Below, piece by piece: positions 9,814 through 21,959 of a stretch of DNA of 64,000 bases. Each line of letters begins with the position of its first letter. Position 1 is the stretch's first letter. Both the position numbers and the translations under genes were made by a program. Under the pieces are notes generated by a model that was not told where the DNA came from, did no database searches, and worked only from the letters and a program-made list of their open reading frames with translations. Source of the DNA: Selaginella moellendorffii (taxonomy: Eukaryota; Plantae; Lycopodiophyta); contig NW_003314286.1 of the NCBI RefSeq assembly GCF_000143415.4, positions 511,766-575,765 of the forward strand, in the 5' to 3' direction.

Positions 9814-12552
9814 ATGGAAACCAAGCAAAATGTCCACAATTGGTGCAAGATCAAAACCACACACTTCCAACATTTTGAAGGCACAGTGTCTATAGTTTAT
9901 TATGGCGGGGATTTAGATTGTGTGGATGAAGCATGCAATCGAGACCGCTCTAGAAACTCTATATTTTTCGAAGGGTCTGCAGTCAATCCTCCAGCCTGTG
10001 ACACCATTGCTGTTGGATTCAAATGTCGATTCTGCAAAAATGCTCCTCTATGTCGTGCTATCTGCGAGGCCAAGATGTACTACTTTCTTCCACGGGATGG
10101 AGTGGCTGGAAGAGCTGCAGTGCATGTTGGCACACATATGCATCCAATGCAGGAAGGGATACAAAGGAGTTCTCTCAACCGTTTCAAAGATGCTGTACAG
10201 GAAGAGATTATGAGAAACTCATCTGCAACTCCGAAGCATGTTCAGAAGACCGTCCTCAAGGATTTTATCGCAAATACCTTACTCAATCCAGGTTGCCAAA
10301 AGACTCAACTAAACGAGGCTAGCTTGCGGGACTTACTATGAGGAGTACAACCTACTACTAGCCTAAGGAGGTACATCCGTTATTTTTCATACAGTATAAT
10401 AATAATTTTTTCTTACATTATATTGTTTAGGATAAAATCTTGGATGTGTGAATCTCGAGAGGGGAAGTTGCAATCAAAAATTGACTCCATCCTTGAATTG
10501 AAACGGACCTGTCCATACAAGTTCATCCACGGAAGTTTGTTTTCAGACCAAGTTGTGAATGAGCAAGAGTGCCCCTTCGTCTTCAAAATGTCTACCATGG
10601 GCCCTGCCTCTAGCGTAGATCTTGTCTCCCGAATGGACATGTTTGGGTCCAGTGACCTTGCAAATGCATGGGTACATTTTGACCATATGGAGCGTGTATC
10701 CAGTTGGACAATCATGGGAGCTCATGTGTATGATCCAAGGTAATTTTAATTCTCATTATATTGAAATTGTTATAATATTTATGTTTTCATAGGCTACGTT
10801 GTAACTTAACAATTGCGACAGCAGAGTTTAAAGTACAAGACCAGACAGCACAGGAAATATTTTGGAAGTCCCTCTCTGATATTGTCCTAAAGCGGACTAG
10901 TAAGCCTGCAAACTTTCGTGGTTTCATGGCAGATGGGGCTGATGCAAACTGGAATGGTATCCGAGCAGTTTTTGGGAATGGTCAACCATTGGAAGGTCGT
11001 GAGAGGACTTGTGAGTTCCATTGGGCTCAAAGCCTAAACCAGCACTGCCACCTTATCAAGCCAGAGTTTCAATCAATATTTAAGGAGTTGTGCAAACAAT
11101 GGCAGGTTGTACCTTCTGAAGAAGAGCATGAGGCAAAAGCAAACAAGATTTGAATGTGGTGGCGTGAAGATGGCCATACAGACATAAGTTGCCTACCACA
11201 ACTTGAGTCATGGTTAGGATGGTGGGAAGTTAGGATGTTCCAATGGGGACATCACTCTTTTCAGGTTGGTTTATATTTTTTCTTCTCCTTTTATTTCCTT
11301 TTAATATTGCCTTTTCCATTAGGATCAACCACTTGAGGACCTCACATACACCCCAACTGTGAATCTCTCCGAAAGTAAGCATTGGAGTTGGCGTTCCTCT
11401 GAGGCAGGGAAAGGGAAGATGAGTCTATACGAAGCCTATCTATCAGATTTGATACGTGCTATAAAGCAATCTTCAAAAGCACTAGCATTTGAGGAAGGAA
11501 GATACATGGGAACAGGGCCTTCTGTTGAAATGTTACATGATAGGATGAAGAGAAAATTAACTCCACCCGCCCGAACAGTGGCAACTGCAGTTGAGGAAGT
11601 GGTCCGTAGCACATCTATGGAGTACACTCCCCGAGCTTCTATTGGTGATATGAAGACTGTCCGCTCAAAGCGTCGTTTTTCCTTTGCTAGGGAAGATGTT
11701 GGTACGGACCTTGGAGCAAAAAGCTTTCACAGGCTTAATGTCGAGTACCATTCTGCTCCAAGACACCACTCTCGGACCGAGCCACCTCAAGTGGCTGATG
11801 AAGAGAGTGCATCGCAACAGGTTGAAATTGCTTACCGTAGCGTGGAGCTGAAGCAATGGGCAATCCGACGCGTGCCAGCAAAATCGAATGTAAGGTGTGT
11901 GGGGATGCTTCTGAGGGGCAAGTGTTGGGCCTAGATTCGTGGTGAAAAGTCTGCTTTTGTTCCAGCCCCATGTTTCTATGGGGAACGAAAGCAAGCAGGA
12001 TTTTCAAGATCGTGCTAGCTATAGTGTTGCAACATCGACGCCAACCATACGAAATGGCTTGAAGACACTATAGTGACTAAACTTGATGCATTACCTAAAG
12101 AATGGCTAGTTGCTAATAGGGTTGCGCTCACCTCGGATGAGATTGAAAACCTTGAGAAATCTGGTTTTAATCTTGAGAGGAGAGTTGGAGACATGAGTGA
12201 CAGGAGCAGGACTATTCCTACAGAGATGCACAGAAAGTCAGCACGAAAAGGTAAGGTAGTTAAATTTATTGGTACCATCTCCAAACAGAAGCAAGGTAAA
12301 ATAAACTTGGCTCAAACACTTGAGTGTAAGATTCTCTCCACGAAGTACATCACTGCGCTTGCAAAAGAGTACACAGTCAAAACAGAAGGTGGAGAGTACA
12401 CAATTGCCATTCACGACTTTCCTTCTTGCACATGTCCAAACTTTACGAAGCGCGAGGAACATGGGAAGGCATATGCTCCTTGCAAGCATATGTACTACAT
12501 CTTCATCAACATCTTGCACCAGGATCCTAAAGTGGATATTCATATACACTAA
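9814..12552 (+). pseudogene. MULE (MuDRA-like) transposase with N-terminal GCM/WRKY-like Zn finger, DDE core and SWIM finger; introns and premature stops
   Basis: CRFC...CEAK...HVGTHMH; HFDHM (D1); FMADGADAN (D2); CEFHW (CxxH); TVNLSESKH (E); CTCPNF...CKHM (SWIM). Introns near 10372-10430, 10740-10792 and 11265-11321. Stops at 10339, 11151 and 11932. Confidence 0.88.
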
Positions 12553-12691
12553 GCAAGCCTTACTATTGCTGAGTTGCAGAAAACTTTTGGAGCTAATTAG
12601 ATTTCTCCAACACTATCGATGTTTATTCTCTATCAATAAAACTTATTATACTTTATATAATTAATACAAATGTGCTTTTTCATTTCACTTT

Positions 12692-13131
12692 TCATTTTAT
12701 ATACTTCCGAGTGTTCTTCTCGCAATATTGCCCATAGTACTCGTGTGTCTCCATTTCTGTCTTTACCATCTCAAAAAAGATTTCATGGTAGTCTTTCGGG
12801 TGCGTGATGTTGCAGTGTGTCACAAGAGCATATATACCAGCATACTGATCATTGCCATTGTTTCCACCAGACGCTAGAAAACATATGGGGCACCTCTTGA
12901 AAGTGGCAGAATTGCACTTTTCTAAAACAAGAGGGCATTCTTTTTCACCCAATTTGTTACACCCTCTGTCAGTGCATTTATTTCCAACTCATGATCACTA
13001 TCCTCTCTTTCATTCTCTTGTGTGATTTGGTTATGCTGTGCAATGGGATAGTTATTGCATCTCCTAGCCCTTGAGCCCTGGGAAGAAAGATTGTAAGAGT
13101 TAAAATTACCAACACTAGAACCCATAGACAT
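12692..13131 (-). pseudogene. MULE cargo ORF with putative C2H2-type zinc finger, apparently frameshifted (12922-13131 plus 12692-12952)
   Basis: CPICFLASG...LVTHCNITH; two overlapping minus-strand frames. Confidence 0.45.
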
Positions 13132-13612
13132 TTGTGGGTGTATTTCCCTTTTTTCGAATGAGAGTGTGAATGAAGATCTATAAATTCTAGACAGTATGCT
13201 ATGACAAACCCCTCAAGAATGTATTCTATAAAGAACCAAGTCTTTCTTTTATATGTAATAAGCTTACATCAACGGTTATTTTTTTTCCTTTCAAACGGTT
13301 ATATGGCTTTACATAGAATCTTATTTCAAATTTAATAATTTTTTAATTCTGACAAACCTAACATTTACAAGCCAGAAAGCATAGAGTACAAATTTAAAGA
13401 AGTGACAAGAATACTCTTTTTGCAAACATTTTATTTTATGTTCTAACAAATGTCCCTATCATTGCATGTAGTAAATATTTAAATTATTAGAACAAAAAGT
13501 GTTCTTTAGAAATTTTTTATCTATATAATATATAAAGAGTTATTAAATTATTAGGTTCGCCATAACCTTAAAATTTTAAAATTTATAATATTTGTACTAA
13601 ATTACAATTGAA

Positions 13613-13660
13613 AATTGAGCTCAACTCGTGTGCTCAACTCTTCAACTCGTGAGCTCAAGT
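13613..13660 (-). repeat. Right terminal region of the MULE (inverted repeat plus CTCAAC sub-repeats)
   Basis: AATTGAGCTCAACTC followed by GCTCAACTC, TCAACTC and GAGCTCAAGT, then ATGGTCC. Confidence 0.75.
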
Positions 13661-13960
13661 ATGGTCCGCGCCCGCCACAACCATAGCCTCGCCCTTATCC
13701 TTGGGCTTGAGTAGTAGCAGCATCAACTTCCATTAGAATAGGACCATCACCCACAAAAACTAGAGCTGAAGGACCAATGGTACACATCATCCTCAGGATT
13801 TCCGTGAAAGAACTCCGGCTGAACACAAGGATTGGCACTAAGAACAGGAGGAGTTGTACTATGTGCCATGAATGCTGCCATCAACTGAGTTTGGCTGTTC
13901 AATTGCAATCGCATAGCATCAAGCAATTGTACCAACTGCTACTCCAGAGTCAAAAGAGGA
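13661..13960 (-). pseudogene. Gypsy gag remnant, 5' part (internally deleted)
   Basis: PEFFHGNPEDDVYHW is a typical gag N-terminal motif, followed by GRGYG(R)GGRG. It lies downstream of a PBS. Confidence 0.7.
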
Positions 13961-14177
13961 AGAGATTGCTAATTTACTATGAAGATGAACGAAAAGGAAA
14001 AAACAATAGAAGAGAGATGAAAAAAGGCTAAAAGGAAAAGAAGATCTAAACAATGCAAAAAGCTAGATCTTGAAAGGAAAGAACAAAAGAAAGGAAATGG
14101 AAAAAGTTAGATCTAGACAATGTAAAAGTTATATCTAAACCAAAAATCCCAAATTTGAGCACTCCTTAGGTGCCCCT

Positions 14178-14188
14178 CATCTCCACCA
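14178..14188 (-). promoter_or_regulatory. Primer-binding site complementary to the tRNA-Ala 3' end
   Basis: Minus strand TGGTGGAGATG is the complement of CATCTCCA+CCA, the 3' end of the tRNA-Ala at 15251-15323. It lies next to a candidate LTR end. Confidence 0.65.
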
Positions 14189-14191
14189 ATT

Positions 14192-14364
14192 TGAGTGCAT
14201 GAAATATAAAAAGGGAATAGAGAAAATGTGCATATTAATTAGCCCAAAAACCCTAATTTATATACAAGAGCAAGTGGTCTGATTGAAACCAATATGACGG
14301 CTACCAAAATCCCACTATGCTAATATTAGTATATGGCATCATAGCCGTACACTTGGACCTCACA
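14192..14364 (-). repeat. Candidate short 5' LTR of the split Gypsy element
   Basis: TGAG...CTCACA ends, directly adjacent to the PBS; no second copy in the window. Confidence 0.4.
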
Positions 14365-15250
14365 AGATCTAGATATTATTTAAATTACTATTTTGTTTAA
14401 AATACTTATTTGCCACTAAAACATTAAGAAAATATTCTTTAGTGTACCAAAATATTTTTAAAATATTCTTAATGACTCCTTTTGTTGACTTGGCTTTCTT
14501 TATTAGCAGATCCACTTGAAAGTACATTAAGTTGTACATTCTTGAGGTCAATAGGAAGGCATTGATTTTCTTGTTACAACTTACAAGTTCTAAAAGCATT
14601 AGTTTGGTTTTTATACAAGATCCAAGTAGGACAACATGCTTAGAATACAAGGAATGGAGAGAGGCCACCTTGAAACAAAATCCATCACCTAGTAAGCTTT
14701 TAATAATTAGTTTTTTTGAATTGATCAAGTGTGCCCAATATCTCTATTTGTTTGTTCAAAGGCTATGAGAGACCAAAAGCAAATGCATTTAAACTTTGAA
14801 AGAATGTAAAGGTGACGTTTCCAATTTTGAAATTTTGTAAGAAAAAAAAGTTACTCATTTTAAAAGACTTTTAGCTATACAATTATGTAGCTAAATATGT
14901 TTACTAGCAAACCAAAATACCAAATAATATTAGTGTTTATACAATTTGATTGTTACTGAAGATCATACAATTGATTTATATTGTGTTGGTTTTACCAATT
15001 GCTTTAGAATAACACTCTCTTTTCGTCCTCCTCTTGTGAATACTATTATTATTATTATAAGCATTAGAAACATTCTTCATGGTTGCCTACAGATGCAGAT
15101 GCTTGCCTATAGAAACTTGCTGGAGATGGTGGTCTTTCCAAAGCTCATCACTCAAAAGGCTCTTGAAATGCAACAAAAGATGCCAGAATCTCCAAGGATG
15201 AGTATTAGAATGGTGAAGAGAAAAGATTAGCATTTTTGTTTTTTTGCTAA

Positions 15251-15323
15251 GGGGATGTAGCTCAGATGGTAGAGTGCTCGCTTAGCATGAGAGAGGCAGC
15301 GGGATCGATTCCCAGCATCTCCA
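15251..15323 (+). tRNA. tRNA-Ala(AGC), possibly a pseudogene
   Basis: GGGGATGTAGCTCAGATGGTAGAG...CTTAGCAT...GGGATCGATTCCCAGCATCTCCA, anticodon AGC at 15284-15286. Acceptor stem is intact; anticodon and T stems have mismatches. Confidence 0.85.
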
Positions 15324-15779
15324 AATATGTTCGATTATTGGATTGTTCCAAGTGTTTTGAGCGATTTTACTGGTGTTGACCTTTGGGGGAGCTATGGATG
15401 GATGTTGCACTGTGAGACCATCAAAACAGCAATGGATAGACATTTATCTTGTGTTTCTTTTTCCCACTTTTTTGCAAAAGGAAGTAGTTTGTGCACGCTG
15501 ATAGCTTGTGTCTCCATGAGCTCCATAACTTGCATTCAATGAGTGCCAAGTTTCCAGAGGTTTGAAAAACGAGTGATTGTGAGATTAAATCGCTGTTCAC
15601 ATCTAGGTTTGGGCTTTTTGGCATGCTCAAGCCCGATAGCACCCTTGCTGACAATCCACAGTCCACTCGTTTTTTTTTTCACAAAGCCAAAAGTACCTCT
15701 TTATTTTTTCGAAGTCAAGGGTTAGGTTATAATCTCTCGCTTGGATTTTTCTATTGTCGAAGCTCTTGTCAGGTAAGCT

Positions 15780-16741
15780 ATGGTCTCTCGCGCTCACGCT
15801 GCCCCAATGCTTGCCCGCCGAGCTCAAGCGCCCTGGCATGGCGGCCATCACCGAGCTTCACACCCGCGAGCTCCAGCTCTAGCTCCAGCACATCCAGCAC
15901 ACCACCATGGACACCAAGGCCACGAGCCAGTGCCAGCTTTAGCTCCAGTTCTTCAAGGTGACGCTCCAGATCGAGCCCCAGCGCCAGCTGCTTTCACATG
16001 GCCACCCTGCTCATCTAGCTCCAGCGCCTGCTATCCTCGATCATGCTCGCCACCACCATCCAGCTCCAGCAGCAGCAGTGTACCATCATCATAACGGTGA
16101 TGGAGCTCCTCTGGTTGTTCACCACCATCACCATGGTCACCACCATGGTCACCACCATGGAGGACGCCACAACCACCACCACCACCATCGTCGCGACGGT
16201 CACAATGCAGCAGTGGCCACACCAACACCCGCAGCAGTAGTTACAGTGGTTCGGAGGACGCCGTGGTCGCTGCTCCAGCTTCTTCTCTGGGTTTTGGTTG
16301 CGATCTTGGTGCTGCTCGCGTGCTTTTTGCTTGTGCGATGGATGTTATCTCGAAGGGAGCAGTGCAGTAATGTGATCTTTCAGGATCCCGGGTGGCAGAT
16401 TGAAGTTGTGGTGGACGATCCTCCGACTGAGAAGAAACAGCTGGAAGCTCACACTCGTGGTTTGCACAGCAATGGCACTCTAGGATTCTCCTCAAAGTGT
16501 CCTGCCAACACTGGCAGTGACGCATAAGTCAGCACAGTGCATGCGTTGTCACATGGAAGATTGTGTACAAACAATCTTCAAGGAGATGAAGTTGCAGAGC
16601 AAGAAGACAGCAGGCTCTTGCTCATGGACAGTGAAGATCACATACAAGGGTCAACTACCAGACTTGGAAGTTATTGCACAGCTGGCTCGGAACATGGACT
16701 GGAAAATAGAGCAAGAACCTACCACGTTTCGATTTGACTGA
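15780..16741 (+). pseudogene. His/Pro/Ala-rich protein with one transmembrane helix and a downstream HMA-like segment; frameshifted or spliced
   Basis: ORFs 15780-16094 and 15958-16527 (poly-His; TM WSLLQLLLWVLVAILVLLACFLLV) and 16517-16741 (MRCHMEDCVQTI, resembling a heavy-metal-associated domain). Confidence 0.5.
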
Positions 16742-16978
16742 GCTATCCTCTAGAGTGACGGGGGAGCAGACGTTAGTGCACCTCCAAAGGCCAGAGAAGT
16801 TGCTTGAGACGAAAGGTTTGAGAAAAGGTAACGTACTACTTTTGCTCTCTGTTCTTGCAGGCGCTCAAATCTCAATTTCGATGAGAAGAAGCAGTGCAGG
16901 GCATAGCAGCCAGATAAGTTTCTCCAGAGTCAAGCCGGGAATCAAGCAAGTGCAATTGTGAAAGTATGGTTGAAGTCT

Positions 16979-17420
16979 ACACTGCGGCTTGCAACACAGG
17001 TTGTTCAACAGGATGGGACGAAGAACAGGATAGGTTGGTCTACCTCGCAAATTGTGAATACAAAGCGGATGCATTCGTCACAAGCACCCTCGTGGACATG
17101 TGGAAGCATCAGAAGTGTTCAGGAGGACAAATAAACATGACGTTGGTTGCCTGGAACACGATCATCATGGGACAGCACGTCTTCTATCAGATGCAACGAG
17201 AAGCTGGCCTGCCTCCAAACACTGAGACTTTGCATGGAGTAGCAAAACATCGTTTCCTGGGATATGCTGAGAACAACATTTGCTCTTGAGTGCTATGAGC
17301 AAGCCAGCAGCCAAACGCTCAGACTTTCATGGTGGCGCTCAAGGCACACAGCGACTTAGCAGAGAAGAGGCTCCACTCACAGATCTGGGAGAGAAATCTG
17401 GATGGAATCCACTACTCAGC
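16979..17420 (+). pseudogene. Degenerate PLS-class PPR gene fragment
   Basis: DAFVTSTLVDM, LVAWNTII, VFYQMQREAGLPPN, PNAQTFMVALKA, RLHSQI. Confidence 0.65.
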
Positions 17421-17799
17421 ATGCTTGCTCAATGAGAGAAAAGCTTTTCTTGGGAGGTTGGTAAACTTTGCAAGGAATGCAAGGTTGATGGAGCCGTCCA
17501 TGAAATTCAAACAAAGGTGGTACCTGAAAAGACGCAAAAGGGTCTTAGCTGGCACACCATGGTGAAGGATAAAAAATATGAGAGACAATACTTAGTATCA
17601 TTCATTGAGTATTTTAATTGATCAATGGTTATAAACATATTTATAATTTATGAGTCAAGATTAATATTATTCCATATCAATAGTAGAATAAACAAGAATA
17701 TACTAGAAAGTGTTTAGGAAAGATTATAAATTATAAATAAAAAGATTAAATATCCTAGAATCTATATTTGAATACAAGTACTTCCCCAGCAAATGCTAG

Positions 17800-18273
17800 G
17801 TGGTTTACAAAGAGGTGGATGCACGGAGAGTTTTCGACCGGATGGAGAGGCACGATGTTGTCTTGTGGACAACGCTGATGCTCAGATACATCCAGGCGGA
17901 GCAAGCACCGGCTGCACTAGATCTCCTCTCGCAGATGCAGCAAGTCCAAGGCCTAGTACCCGACGCTCCAACTTACACTTCTGCGCTCCAGGCCTGTGGG
18001 AGCTCCAAGGCTTTGGAGACTGGAAGCGCCATCCACCAGCAGATCTGTCATGCCGAGATGGAAGCCGAGGTGGTCGTCGTGAACTCTCTTCTGGGCTTCT
18101 ACAGACAGTGTGGCTGCATGGCAGAAGCTTGTGAAGTTTTCAACTCAGTGGCCACAGCCAGCGTGGGACGCGACGCTGTAACTTGGAACGCAATCATCTC
18201 CAGCTACTCCCACCAGGGAGATGTAGCCTTGGCTCTCAGGCTCTTTAAGCGGATGCTGGAGGATCACTGGTAG
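17800..18273 (+). pseudogene. PLS-class pentatricopeptide repeat gene fragment (about 4 repeats)
   Basis: ARRVFDRMERHDVVLWTTLM; PDAPTYTSALQACG; VVVNSLLGFYRQCG; RDAVTWNAIISSYSHQG. Truncated on both sides. Confidence 0.9.
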
Positions 18274-18488
18274 TGTACTTCAGCTTCCCCTCCTTTGACA
18301 GCTCAAAGAACTCCTTTTACGCCTTCATGTTGCACACACCATCTGGTCACTCACATACCTTGCATCACCCACACCCACTGCCATGGTGCGAGTCAGCTCC
18401 AGGATTCAAGCATAGCCCAGCTCTTCATTTCTGGTGCACTCCCTCACCAGCCCTGCCTGTGGTGCTGCTCATGCACTACTCGCAAGCG

Positions 18489-18660
18489 AGTTGATCCCGA
18501 AAGGAGCCTAGATTGTGTGCCCAACTACCATTCTACTTGCCCCTATTATCCCTGTGAGCACCTCCTCTAGGAGCTTACAGATGCACAGACTCTCACGGGA
18601 ATGCCCATACAACTATGTCTAAGCAGAGCAGCCATGGAGCCCTAGGAGTGCATGGTGTAA
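18489..18660 (+). repeat. Dispersed direct repeat, second copy at ~20807-21027
   Basis: Shared GAGTTGATCCC, ACTACCATTCTACTTGCCCCTATTA and AGCCATGGAGCCCTAGGAGTGCATGG. Confidence 0.8.
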
Positions 18661-18956
18661 CACCTGTCACCACGCCCTCTTCCCTTCACTTGGACAAAAG
18701 AGTTCTAAGTGGTGCTGGCCTTGGAGGTGGCAGTGGTAATGCCAACTCATGTCTTGAGACATAATCACACATGGGTTTTCTGTGTCAATCTACAAAAATA
18801 GGTGACAGTAGGAAAGTAGAAAAGTTTAAAATACAATCTTAGCTTACACTAAAATGGTCGATCACATCGCATAAATCTTGCTTGTTTGAAGAAAGTGCAT
18901 ACACCTGGAATACACAATACAAAAGACGTGAATCCCTCGCACGATAGAAACCAATC

Positions 18957-19089
18957 TCGGTGATTTTTCAAGACAATAGTGTTGCTTCCAGCAGTGATTC
19001 TCTGCTTAATAACTATCATCTTGCCATATAGATTTGGCTTATAAGCATTTGACCCTTCATTTTTGAACTCTACCACTACCAAAGCAGAC
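18957..19089 (-). pseudogene. SMC6: Isolated exon of an SMC6-like gene (N-terminal head domain)
   Basis: SALVVVEFKNEGSNAYKPNLYGKMIVIKQRITAGSNTIVLKN resembles the plant SMC6 pattern VExKNEGxDAFKPExYGxxIxIERRI; preceded by a TTCCAG acceptor. Confidence 0.7.
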
Positions 19090-19409
19090 CTGGAACGGAA
19101 ACAATGCTTGAAGAAAGTGCGGACAAATCAATTAAATCTTGACACAAACTGTACCAGAACGTGCATTGACACAAGATTTCAGATTTGGATTGCAAATTGG
19201 CAGCAGTGGCAGGGGCTCTCTCGCCATTTCATAAACCCTAGAAAAACATTACAAAATAAAACCAATTTGCTTGATAAACTGCAAATGCAGTTATGGTCAA
19301 CACATTTACATGCAACATGTGTCGCAGCGCTTTCTTCTTTCGCCCCATGCAGCTTGGCTGCCTCCCATTGGCCAGAAACAAACATCAGCACGACCTTCAG
19401 AAGGATGTG

Positions 19410-19535
19410 TTGATACAATATTATGATATATTTGACCATGGATTTTAAAGTTATAAGGACCATGATCTTTTACAATATCAATATTAGAAGACATAGATGC
19501 AAAAGCAAGAGCACTATTGTAGTGTTTAATATCAA
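19410..19535 (-). mobile_element. Helitron RepHel N-terminal fragment
   Basis: DIKHYNSALAFASMSSNID...HGPYNFKIHGQIYHNI matches the conserved Helitron motif YNSxxAFxS...GPYxFxIHGQxYH. Confidence 0.85.
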
Positions 19536-19714
19536 ATGGTAAAGGTGATCATGATAATGATTATATACACCAATCAGTTGGACAGTCAGAAGCATCTAGA
19601 ACCTTACATGCATGTCATTATGATGATTACATATATCAAGCAATATTAAATCCACCACTCCCACCCATGAATACCACACTAGCAAGCCATAGCATTTATA
19701 ATGACTTTAACATT

Positions 19715-19830
19715 ATAAATTTTAATATCGGTAGTTTATCATTTGTTTGTACTTTTTGTAATGCATTGCATTTTAAAGATGAAAACTCAATGTGTTGCCA
19801 GAATAACCAAGTTATATTACCTCCAATTTT
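19715..19830 (+). mobile_element. Helitron RepHel zinc-binding fragment, opposite orientation to 19410-19535
   Basis: IGSLSFVCTFCNALHFKDENSMCCQNNQVILPP matches the CxxCxAxxFxxE...CCxxxxVxLP Helitron motif. Confidence 0.8.
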
Positions 19831-21959
19831 AATATTTTGGTGTATAGAATCATTATCATGATTATTTTGAACAGCTATAGTATGTGTATCATGATCAATC
19901 ATAGTTTCAGAGGCATCTAAATCTCCATTAGATTGTTTACTATGTCATATAGCTCTCAAAAGATGGCGGAGGCGAGGCATTTTCAGTCAGTTTGATTATA
20001 AATTTGAAGCTTATATATATATATTTTTAATCGAGTTTGTATAGAAGTTTATGCAGAATAGAAATGCAGAGTACAGTTGGATATATATAAAATTCACAAC
20101 TATGTAATGATCTGAAAGGAAAATATTAGACTTTTGTGAAGCACACTCAAGAATAACGGAATAACTCCAATGTTGTGTTTACCAATCTCTGCCTCATAAT
20201 CCACAACTTTGCAATTTTGAGCTGCAGCCCCAAGTGTTGCTCCTACGCCAGCATCAGGTTACCTTGCACAGCATCCCAAACACCTAAGAAAGCCTATAAG
20301 CACGCATTGTTGAAACCAGCCCTCAAAATCTCGGAAACTGGAACTAAATTTTAGATTTGACGGAAGTAGTATCGGACGGAAAAAAAATCTCATCATAGAA
20401 TACAAAGATATCCAAACTTACAACTTACCTTGATCTAAAAACGAAGCTAAACCAGGCAATGCTTGCGGTGGCACCTCCTCTTTTGAGAGAACCTGGACAT
20501 TAGTGCCATGTCGGATTTCCAAAACTTCAGGAGTAGTGTTGGCTGGCGCAGTAACTCGACAGCCCTACGTCAACTCAAAACATCTGATTCATACAAATAG
20601 AGTTGATCCCGAGCATGTGCTGAAACAACAATCCCTCACCAGGCCCAGCAGCAAGGGATTCCTCGGGAGAATCCGGGGATGAAGAGGGTGTGTCCTTGAT
20701 AATTGCTTTCCTATAGGCCAAAGCTATAGAGCTCTTGAGGCAGTGGCGAACAGGGATTAAAGCTTTGCTAAGTTGGAGATGAGCCAATTTGCCTCTCACA
20801 GTCCTGAGTTGATCCCAAGAGGAACTTGGATTGTGTGCCTGACTACCATTCTACTTGCCCCTATTACTTCCTCTAGGAGTTAGCTTGATCCACTCCGACA
20901 TATTTGGCTCCACACAAAGCAAGAGGTTTCGAAAATGAACACTAAATCGCATACACACAGACTCTCACAAGAATGCCCACACAACCTTGTCCGAGCAGAG
21001 TAGCCATGGAGCCCTAGGAGTGCATGGACTTTAAATCTGTACAAGCCTATTCACAAATGTATTTACATTAGTATATAGAATGTTTTTCATTAGTATATAT
21101 GGGACTTAATTTTCTCCAAGATTTTATTGTAGATTAGATGTTATATTCTTCTTTCAACCATGCCCTGTACATATATACAAACTTTATAATTACAATTCAA
21201 GTTTTTTAAATCTTTCTTGATTTCATATTAGTAGATGAGAAACAACAAATATATGAAGATTACAAGTATTTGGTCAAAGGAAGCAAAAATAACATACTCA
21301 AAGGCATTATAGTTAAAAGTAAAAGATCAACATCAAGCAACAATACCATCATCATGAGTATATAATTCTTAGTTATGGAAGTGACACTGTAAATAGAAAG
21401 CTTTACAACAAAGTTGCAATTACACATAATTCTTTAAATGTTAAAATTTTAAATTAAATTAAAATTAAATATTAGAATTAGAAATTAAAATTTAAATGTT
21501 AGAAATGTCATTTTAAGTTCTATTTTGAACAACACATACCAAGTTGAAATAAAATTTTCAACACCACAAATGCTTTATAGTTTCATGAGTAATGAAGCAC
21601 AAAAACATTAAGGAGGTATTAGAATTATCTATAATGATGGCATAAATAAAGTTTAAATCATCTGAGAGAGGAGTTGCCTTCTCCGTTAAGAGTAAAGTTA
21701 CATGAACACATAGAAAAATGCATTTAAGTTGAATACCATAATAAGCACAATTGGTTGTGCTAGAGTTTAAAATGTACAAACACTTTAAAAAATTTAAACA
21801 AGTAATACCAGTTCATACATTTTAGTGGGTTGAAAGTAATGTTTACATGGAATATAAGTTTAGAACTACAGACTTAGTTACCATGGTGGTTTAGTCATTT
21901 TCTACATTTAAAGACTTTAATTATTTCTCAGATTAAGAACTACTAGCATTATGACTCAC

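Larger units (their letters stand above)
2243..13660. mobile_element. Mutator-like (MULE) DNA transposon, ~11.4 kb, decayed, with a ParB-methyltransferase-like gene and small cargo ORFs
   Basis: Contains a MULE DDE/SWIM transposase. Perfect 15-bp inverted repeat GAGTTGAGCTCAATT (2249-2263) / AATTGAGCTCAACTC (13613-13627). Flanking direct repeat ATGGTCC at 2236-2242 and 13661-13667. The flanks rejoin into one gag. Confidence 0.8.

Noticed and set aside
20575-20799. Possible captured gene fragment
   Set aside because: No family recognisable by eye; needs a database search.
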